Origin: Eledone cirrhosa | Taxonomy: Eukaryota | NCBI GenBank assembly: GCA_964016885.1 | Contig: OZ024743.1 | Location: forward strand, 24,614,001 to 24,678,000 | Reading direction: 5' to 3' | Length of the DNA stretch: 64,000 bases | Shown here: piece by piece, positions 54,801-64,000 of the stretch | Numbering within the stretch: the first letter of the stretch is position 1 | Layout: every line of letters starts with the position of its first letter | Notes under the pieces: model-generated | Databases searched by the model: none | Told to the model about the DNA's origin: nothing | Seen by the model: the letters and a program-made list of their open reading frames with translations, nothing else | Program-made: the position numbers and the translations under genes

Positions 54801-57800
54801 ATCCCAACCTTGTTTGATGTAGTTAACCGTGCTGACAGTTTGTTCTGTCCCTCCTCAGTCATCCCAGCCTTGTTTGCTGTAGTTAACTGTGCTGACAGTT
54901 GGTTCTGTCCCTCCTCAGTCATCCCAACCTTGTTTGCTGTAGTTAACTGTGCTGACAGTTGGTTCTGTCCCTCCTCAGTCATCTCAACCTTGTTTGCTGT
55001 AGTTAACTGTGCTGACAGTTTGTTCTGTCCCTCCTCAGTCATCTCAACCTTGTTTGCTGTAGTTAACTGTGCTGACAGTTGGTTCTGTCCCTCCTCAGTC
55101 ATCCCAACCTTGTTTGATGTAGTTAACTGTGCGGACAGTTTGTTCTGTCCCTCCTCAGTCATCCCAACCTTGTTTGCTGTAGATAACTGTGCTGACAGTT
55201 GGTTCTGTCCCTCCTCAGTCGTCTCAACCTTGTTTGCTGTAGTTAACTGTGCTGACAGTTTGTTCTGTCCCTCCTCAGTCATCCCAACCTTTTTTGCTGT
55301 AGTTAACTGGGCTGACAGTTGGTTCTGTCCCTCCTCAGTCATCCCAACCTTGTTTGCTGTAGTTAACTGTGCTGACAGTTTGTTCTGTCCCTCCTCAGTC
55401 ATCCCAACCTTGTTTACTGTAGTTAACTGTGCTGACAGTTTGTTCTGTCCCTCCTCAGTCATCTCAACCTTGTTTGCTGTAGTTAACTGTGCTGACAGTT
55501 GGTTCTGTCCCTCCTCAGTCATCCCAGCCTTGTTTGCTGTAGTTAACTGTGCTGACAGTTGGTTCTGTCCCTCCTCAGTCATCCCAACCTTGTTTGCTGT
55601 AGTTAACTGTGCTGACAGTGTGTTCTGTCCCTCCTCAGTCATCTCAACCTAGTTTGATGTAGTTAACTGTGCGGACAGTTTGTTCTGTCCCTCCTCAGCC
55701 ATCCCAACCTTGTTTGCTGTAGTTAATTGTGCTGACAGTTGGTTCTGTCCCTCCTCAGTCATCCCAGCCTTGTTTGCTGTAGTTAACTGGGCTGACAGTT
55801 GGTTCTGTCCCTCCTCAGTCATCTCAACCTAGTTTGCTGTAGTTAACTGTGCTGACAGTTGGTTGTGTCCCTCCTCAGTCATCTCAAACCTTGTTTGATG
55901 TAGTTAACTGTGCTGACAGTGTGTTCTGTCCCTCCTCAGTCATCTCAACCTAGTTTGCTGTAGTTAACTGTGCTGACAGTTGGTTGTGTCCCTCCTCAGT
56001 CATCTCAAACCTTGTTTGATGTAGTTAACTGTGCTGACAGTTTGTTCTGTCCCTCCTCAGTCGTCTCAAACCTTGTTTGATGTAGTTAACTGTGCTGACA
56101 GTTTGTTCTGTCCCTCCTCAGTCATCTCAAACCTTGTTTGATGTAGTTAACTGTGCTGACAGTTTGTTCTGTCCCTCCTCAGTCATCTCAAACCTTCTTT
56201 GATGTAGTTAACTGTGCGGACAGTTTGTTCTGTCCCTCCTCAGCCATCCCAACCTTGTTTGCTGTAGTTAACTGTGCTGACAGTGTGTTCTGTCCCTCCT
56301 CAGTCATCCCAGCCTTGTTTGCTGTAGTTAACTGTGCTGACAGTTGGTTCTGTCCCTCCTCAGTCATCCCAGCCTTGTTTGCTGTAGTTAACTGGGCTGA
56401 CAGTTGGTTCTGTCCCTCCTCAATCATCCCAACCTTGTTTGCTGTAGTTAACTGTGCTGACAATTGGTTGTGTCCCTCCTCAGTCATCTCAACCTTGTTT
56501 GCTGTAGTTAACTGTGCTGACAGTTGGTTCTGTCCCTCCTCAGTCATCCCAACCTTGTTTGATGTAGTTAACCGTGCTGACAGTTTGTTCTGTCCCTCCT
56601 CAGTCATCCCAGCCTTGTTTGCTGTAGTTAACTGTGCTGACAGTTGGTTCTGTCCCTCCTCAGTCATCCCAACCTTGTTTGCTGTAGTTAACTGTGCTGA
56701 CAGTTGGTTCTGTCCCTCCTCAGTCATCTCAACCTTGTTTGCTGTAGTTAACTGTGCTGACAGTTTGTTCTGTCCCTCCTCAGTCATCTCAACCTTGTTT
56801 GCTGTAGTTAACTGTGCTGACAGTTGGTTCTGTCCCTCCTCAGTCATCCCAACCTTGTTTGATGTAGTTAACTGTGCGGACAGTTTGTTCTGTCCCTCCT
56901 CAGTCATCCCAACCTTGTTTGCTGTAGATAACTGTGCTGACAGTTGGTTCTGTCCCTCCTCAGTCGTCTCAACCTTGTTTGCTGTAGTTAACTGTGCTGA
57001 CAGTTTGTTCTGTCCCTCCTCAGTCATCCCAACCTTGTTTGCTGTAGTTAACTGGGCTGACAGTTGGTTCTGTCCCTCCTCAGTCATCCCAACCTTGTTT
57101 GCTGTAGTTAACTGTGCTGACAGTTGGTTCTGTCCCTCCTCAGTCATCCCAGCCTTGTTTGCTGTAGTTAACTGGGCTGACAGTTGGTTCTGTCCCTCTT
57201 CAGTCATCCCAACCTTGTTTGCTGTAGTTAACTGTGCTGACAGTTGGTTATGTCCCTCCTCAGTCATCTCAACCTTGTTTGCTGTAGTTAACTGTGCTGA
57301 CAGTTGGTTCTGTCCCTCCTCAGTCATCCCAACCTTGTTTGCTGTAGTTAACTGTGCTGAGAGTTGGTTATGTCCCTCCTCAGTCATCCCAACCTTGTTT
57401 GCTGTAGTTAACTGTGCTGACAGTTGGTTCTGTCCCTCCTCAGTCATCCCAGCCTTGTTTGCTGTAGTTAACTGTGCTGACAGTTGGTTCTGTCCCTCCT
57501 CAGTCATCCCAACCTTGTTTGCTGTAGTTAACTGTGCTGACAGTTGGTTCTGTCCCTCCTCAGTCATCCCAGCCTTGTTTGCTGTAGTTAACTGGGCTGA
57601 CAGTTGGTTCTGTCCCTCCTCAATCATCCCAACCTTGTTTGCTGTAGTTAACTGTGCTGACAGTTGGTTGTGTCCCTCCTCAGTCATCTCAACCTTGTTT
57701 GCTGTAGTTAACTGTGCTGACAGTTGGTTCTGTCCCTCCTCAGTCATCCCAACCTTGTTTGATGTAGTTAACCGTGCTGACAGTTTGTTCTGTCCCTCCT

Positions 57801-60800
57801 CAGTCATCCCAGCCTTGTTTGCTGTAGTTAACTGGGCTGACAGTTGGTTCTGTCCCTCCTCAGTCATCCCAACCTTGTTTGCTGTAGTTAACTGTGCGGA
57901 CAGTTTGTTCTGTCCCTCCTCAGTCATCCCAACCTTGTTTGATGTAGTTAACTGTGCGGACAGTTTGTTCTGTCCCTCCTCAGTCATCCCAACCTTGTTT
58001 GCTGTAGATAACTGTGCTGACAGTTGGTTCTGTCCCTCCTCAGTCGTCTCAACCTTGTTTGCTGTAGTTAACTGTGCTGACAATTTGTTCTGTCCCTCCT
58101 CAGTCATCCCAACCTTGTTTGCTGTAGTTAACTGTGCTGACAGTTGGTTCTGTCCCTCCTCAGTCATCCCAACCTTGTTTGCTGTAGTTAACTGTGCTGA
58201 CAGTTGGTTCTGTCCCTCCTCAGTCATCCCAGCCTTGTTTGCTGTAGTTAACTGGGCTGACAGTTGGTTCTGTCCCTCCTCAGTCATCCCAACCTTGTTT
58301 GCTGTAGTTAACTGTGCTGACAGTTGGTTCTGTCCTTCCTCAGTCATCCCAAACCTTGTTTGCTGTAGTTAACTGTGCTGACAGTTGGTTATGTCCCTCC
58401 TCAGTCATCTCAACCTTGTTTGCTGTAGTTAACTGTGCTGACAGTTGGTTCTGTCCCTCCTCAGTCATCCCAACCTTGTTTGCTGTAGTTAACTGTGCTG
58501 ACAGTTGGTTATGTCCCTCCTCAGTCATCCCAACCTTGTTTGCTGTAGTTAACTGTGCTGACAGTTGGTTCTGTCCCTCCTCAGTCATCCCAGCCTTGTT
58601 TGCTGTAGTTAACTGTGCTGACAGTTGGTTCTGTCCCTCCTCAGTCATCCCAACCTTGTTTGCTGTAGTTAACTGTGCTGACAGTTGGTTCTGTCCCTCC
58701 TCAGTCATCCCAGCCTTGTTTGCTGTAGTTAACTGGGCTGACAGTTGGTTCTGTCCCTCCTCAGTCATCCCAACCTTGTTTGCTGTAGTTAACTGTGCTG
58801 ACAGTTGGTTCTGTCCTTCCTCAGTCATCCCAAACCTTGTTTGCTGTAGTTAACTGTGCTGACAGTTGGTTATGTCCCTCCTCAGTCATCTCAACCTTGT
58901 TTGCTGTAGTTAACTGTGCTGACAGTTGGTTCTGTCCCTCCTCAGTCATCCCAACCTTGTTTGCTGTAGTTAACTGTGCTGACAGTTGGTTATGTCCCTC
59001 CTCAGTCATCTCAACCTTGTTTGCTGTAGTTAACTGTGCTGACAGTTGGTTCTGTCCCTCCTCAGTCATCTCAACCTTGTTTACTGTAGTTAACTGTGCG
59101 GACAGTTTGTTCTGTCCTTCCTCAGCGATCCCAACCTTGTTTGCTGTAGTTAACTGGGCTGACAGTTGGTTCTGTCCCTCCTCAGTCATCCCAACCTTGT
59201 TTGCTGTAGTTAACTGTGCTGACAGTTTGTTCTGTCCCTCCTCAGTCATCCCAACCTTGTTTGCTGTAGTTAACTGTGCTGACAGTTTGTTCTGTCCCTC
59301 CTCAGTCATCTCAACCTTGTTTGCTGTAGTTAACTGTGCTGACAGTAGGTTCTGTCCCTCCTCAGTCATCCCAACCTTGTTTGCTGTAGTTAACTGTGCT
59401 GACAGTAGGTTCTGTCCCTCCTCAGTCATCCCAACCTTGTTTGCTGTAGTTAACTGTGCTGACAGTTGGTTCTGTCCCTCCTCAGTCATCCCAACCTTGT
59501 TTGCTGTAGTTAACTGTGCTGACAGTTGGTTCTGTCCCTCCTCAGTCATCCCAGCCTTGTTTGCTGTAGTTAACTGGGCTGACAGTTGGTTCTGTCCCTC
59601 CTCAATCATCCCAACCTTGTTTGCTGTAGTTAACTGTGCTGACAATTGGTTGTGTCCCTCCTCAGTCATCTCAAACCTTGTTTGATGTAGTTAACTGTGC
59701 TGACAGTTTGTTCTGTCCCTCCTCAGTCGTCTCAAACCTTGTTTGATGTAGTTAACTGTGCTGACAGTTTGTTCTGTCCCTCCTCAGTCATCTCAAACCT
59801 TGTTTGATGTAGTTAACTGTGCTGACAGTTTGTTCTGTCCCTCCTCAGTCATCTCAAACCTTCTTTGATGTAGTTAACTGTGCGGACAGTTTGTTCTGTC
59901 CCTCCTCAGCCATCCCAACCTTGTTTGCTGTAGTTAACTGTGCTGACAGTGTGTTCTGTCCCTCCTCAGTCATCCCAGCCTTGTTTGCTGTAGTTAACTG
60001 TGCTGACAGTTGGTTCTGTCCCTCCTCAGTCATCCCAGCCTTGTTTGCTGTAGTTAACTGGGCTGACAGTTGGTTCTGTCCCTCCTCAATCATCCCAACC
60101 TTGTTTGCTGTAGTTAACTGTGCTGACAATTGGTTGTGTCCCTCCTCAGTCATCTCAACCTTGTTTGCTGTAGTTAACTGTGCTGACAGTTGGTTCTGTC
60201 CCTCCTCAGTCATCCCAACCTTGTTTGATGTAGTTAACCGTGCTGACAGTTTGTTCTGTCCCTCCTCAGTCATCCCAGCCTTGTTTGCTGTAGTTAACTG
60301 TGCTGACAGTTGGTTCTGTCCCTCCTCAGTCATCCCAACCTTGTTTGCTGTAGTTAACTGTGCTGACAGTTGGTTCTGTCCCTCCTCAGTCATCTCAACC
60401 TTGTTTGCTGTAGTTAACTGTGCTGACAGTTTGTTCTGTCCCTCCTCAGTCATCTCAACCTTGTTTGCTGTAGTTAACTGTGCTGACAGTTGGTTCTGTC
60501 CCTCCTCAGTCATCCCAACCTTGTTTGATGTAGTTAACTGTGCGGACAGTTTGTTCTGTCCCTCCTCAGTCATCCCAACCTTGTTTGCTGTAGATAACTG
60601 TGCTGACAGTTGGTTCTGTCCCTCCTCAGTCGTCTCAACCTTGTTTGCTGTAGTTAACTGTGCTGACAGTTTGTTCTGTCCCTCCTCAGTCATCCCAACC
60701 TTGTTTGCTGTAGTTAACTGGGCTGACAGTTGGTTCTGTCCCTCCTCAGTCATCCCAACCTTGTTTGCTGTAGTTAACTGTGCTGACAGTTTGTTCTGTC

Positions 60801-63800
60801 CCTCCTCAGTCATCCCAACCTTGTTTACTGTAGTTAACTGTGCTGACAGTTTGTTCTGTCCCTCCTCAGTCATCTCAACCTTGTTTGCTGTAGTTAACTG
60901 TGCTGACAGTTGGTTCTGTCCCTCCTCAGTCATCCCAGCCTTGTTTGCTGTAGTTAACTGTGCTGACAGTTGGTTCTGTCCCTCCTCAGTCATCCCAACC
61001 TTGTTTGCTGTAGTTAACTGTGCTGACAGTGTGTTCTGTCCCTCCTCAGTCATCTCAACCTAGTTTGATGTAGTTAACTGTGCGGACAGTTTGTTCTGTC
61101 CCTCCTCAGCCATCCCAACCTTGTTTGCTGTAGTTAATTGTGCTGACAGTTGGTTCTGTCCCTCCTCAGTCATCCCAGCCTTGTTTGCTGTAGTTAACTG
61201 GGCTGACAGTTGGTTCTGTCCCTCCTCAGTCATCTCAACCTAGTTTGCTGTAGTTAACTGTGCTGACAGTTGGTTGTGTCCCTCCTCAGTCATCTCAAAC
61301 CTTGTTTGATGTAGTTAACTGTGCTGACAGTGTGTTCTGTCCCTCCTCAGTCATCTCAACCTAGTTTGCTGTAGTTAACTGTGCTGACAGTTGGTTGTGT
61401 CCCTCCTCAGTCATCTCAAACCTTGTTTGATGTAGTTAACTGTGCTGACAGTTTGTTCTGTCCCTCCTCAGTCGTCTCAAACCTTGTTTGATGTAGTTAA
61501 CTGTGCTGACAGTTTGTTCTGTCCCTCCTCAGTCATCTCAAACCTTGTTTGATGTAGTTAACTGTGCTGACAGTTTGTTCTGTCCCTCCTCAGTCATCTC
61601 AACCTTGTTTGCTGTAGTTAACTGTGCTGACAGTTGGTTCTGTCCCTCCTCAGTCATCCCAACCTTGTTTGCTGTAGTTAACTGTGCTGACAGTTGGTTA
61701 TGTCCCTCCTCAGTCATCCCAACCTTGTTTGCTGTAGTTAACTGTGCTGACAGTTGGTTCTGTCCCTCCTCAGTCATCCCAGCCTTGTTTGCTGTAGTTA
61801 ACTGTGCTGACAGTTGGTTCTGTCCCTCCTCAGTCATCCCAACCTTGTTTGCTGTAGTTAACTGTGCTGACAGTTGGTTCTGTCCCTCCTCAGTCATCCC
61901 AGCCTTGTTTGCTGTAGTTAACTGGGCTGACAGTTGGTTCTGTCCCTCCTCAGTCATCCCAACCTTGTTTGCTGTAGTTAACTGTGCTGACAGTTGGTTC
62001 TGTCCTTCCTCAGTCATCCCAAACCTTGTTTGCTGTAGTTAACTGTGCTGACAGTTGGTTATGTCCCTCCTCAGTCATCTCAACCTTGTTTGCTGTAGTT
62101 AACTGTGCTGACAGTTGGTTCTGTCCCTCCTCAGTCATCTCAACCTTGTTTGCTGTAGTTAACTGTGCTGACAGTTGGTTCTGTCCCTCCTCAGTCATCC
62201 CAACCTTGTTTGCTGTAGTTAACTGTGCTGACAGTTGGTTCTGTCCTTCCTCAGTCATCCCAAACCTTGTTTGCTGTAGTTAACTGTGCTGACAGTTGGT
62301 TATGTCCCTCCTCAGTCATCTCAACCTTGTTTGCTGTAGTTAACTGTGCTGACAGTTGGTTATGTCCCTCCTCAGTCATCTCAACCTTGTTTGCTGTAGT
62401 TAACTGTGCTGACAGTTGGTTCTGTCCCTCCTCAGTCATCCCAACCTTGTTTGCTGTAGTTAACTGTGCTGACAGTTGGTTATGTCCCTCCTCAGTCATC
62501 CCAACCTTGTTTGCTGTAGTTAACTGTGCTGACAGTTGGTTCTGTCCCTCCTCAGTCATCCCAGCCTTGTTTGCTGTAGTTAACTGTGCTGACAGTTGGT
62601 TCTGTCCCTCCTCAGTCATCCCAACCTTGTTTGCTGTAGTTAACTGTGCTGACAGTTGGTTCTGTCCCTCCTCAGTCATCCCAGCCTTGTTTGCTGTAGT
62701 TAACTGGGCTGACAGTTGGTTCTGTCCCTCCTCAGTCATCCCAACCTTGTTTGCTGTAGTTAACTGTGCTGACAGTTGGTTCTGTCCTTCCTCAGTCATC
62801 CCAAACCTTGTTTGCTGTAGTTAACTGTGCTGACAGTTGGTTATGTCCCTCCTCAGTCATCTCAACCTTGTTTGCTGTAGTTAACTGTGCTGACAGTTGG
62901 TTCTGTCCCTCCTCAGTCATCCCAACCTTGTTTGCTGTAGTTAACTGTGCTGACAGTTGGTTATGTCCCTCCTCAGTCATCTCAACCTTGTTTGCTGTAG
63001 TTAACTGTGCTGACAGTTGGTTCTGTCCCTCCTCAGTCATCTCAACCTTGTTTACTGTAGTTAACTGTGCGGACAGTTTGTTCTGTCCTTCCTCAGCGAT
63101 CCCAACCTTGTTTGCTGTAGTTAACTGGGCTGACAGTTGGTTCTGTCCCTCCTCAGTCATCCCAACCTTGTTTGCTGTAGTTAACTGTGCTGACAGTTTG
63201 TTCTGTCCCTCCTCAGTCATCCCAACCTTGTTTGCTGTAGTTAACTGTGCTGACAGTTTGTTCTGTCCCTCCTCAGTCATCTCAACCTTGTTTGCTGTAG
63301 TTAACTGTGCTGACAGTAGGTTCTGTCCCTCCTCAGTCATCCCAACCTTGTTTGCTGTAGTTAACTGTGCTGACAGTAGGTTCTGTCCCTCCTCAGTCAT
63401 CCCAACCTTGTTTGCTGTAGTTAACTGTGCTGACAGTTGGTTCTGTCCCTCCTCAGTCATCCCAACCTTGTTTGCTGTAGTTAACTGTGCTGACAGTTGG
63501 TTCTGTCCCTCCTCAGTCATCCCAGCCTTGTTTGCTGTAGTTAACTGGGCTGACAGTTGGTTCTGTCCCTCCTCAATCATCCCAACCTTGTTTGCTGTAG
63601 TTAACTGTGCTGACAATTGGTTGTGTCCCTCCTCAGTCATCTCAAACCTTGTTTGATGTAGTTAACTGTGCTGACAGTTTGTTCTGTCCCTCCTCAGTCG
63701 TCTCAAACCTTGTTTGATGTAGTTAACTGTGCTGACAGTTTGTTCTGTCCCTCCTCAGTCATCTCAAACCTTGTTTGATGTAGTTAACTGTGCTGACAGT

Positions 63801-64000
63801 TTGTTCTGTCCCTCCTCAGTCATCTCAAACCTTCTTTGATGTAGTTAACTGTGCGGACAGTTTGTTCTGTCCCTCCTCAGCCATCCCAACCTTGTTTGCT
63901 GTAGTTAACTGTGCTGACAGTGTGTTCTGTCCCTCCTCAGTCATCCCAGCCTTGTTTGCTGTAGTTAACTGTGCTGACAGTTGGTTCTGTCCCTCCTCAG
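48849..64000. repeat. 60-bp satellite array with higher-order repeats, about 250 monomers, continuing beyond the window
   Basis: aaccttgtttgctgtagttaactgtgctgacagttggttctgtccctcctcagtcatccc. The marker variant (aaccttctttgatg) recurs at spacings of 1745, 1925, 1745, 3666 and 3971 bp. Confidence 0.98.

Noticed and set aside
48825-63656. Long ORFs of (MTEEGQNQLSAQLTTANKVG)n or (FAVVNCADSWFCPSSVIPTL)n as a repeat protein
   Set aside because: The monomer length is simply a multiple of 3. 61-bp frameshift monomers and TAG-containing variants are propagated within the HORs, and there is no unique N- or C-terminal domain.
48849-64000. Hammerhead in the 60-bp monomer (minus strand CTGAGGA followed by a gacag/ctgtc hairpin)
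   Set aside because: No GAAA follows the stem (GCAC instead), and no stem I or stem III pairing can be drawn.
26784-64000. Satellite arrays as CRISPR arrays
   Set aside because: No unique spacers, no cas genes, and a eukaryotic context.

Overview
This is repeat-dominated metazoan genomic DNA, most likely an octopus or other cephalopod; that assignment is inferred from the SINE families and microsatellite load. No host protein-coding gene is confidently identifiable, and almost all ORFs in the track are artefacts of microsatellites or satellites. Recognisable mobile elements are: the 3' half of a Penelope-like (Neptune-type) RT/GIY-YIG retroelement with a minimal hammerhead ribozyme in its pLTR; a near-intact 5'-truncated Tx1/L1-clade LINE plus two further 3' ends, all sitting in (GATA)n tracts; RTE, CRE and mariner remnants; and about 20 tRNA-derived SINE copies, some stacked at one target site. 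There is also a second, free-standing hammerhead ribozyme and several fold-back palindromes abutting (TA)n. Three satellite arrays are present (70, 51 and 60 bp monomers). The 60-bp array is over 15 kb, has a clear higher-order repeat structure and runs off the window end.
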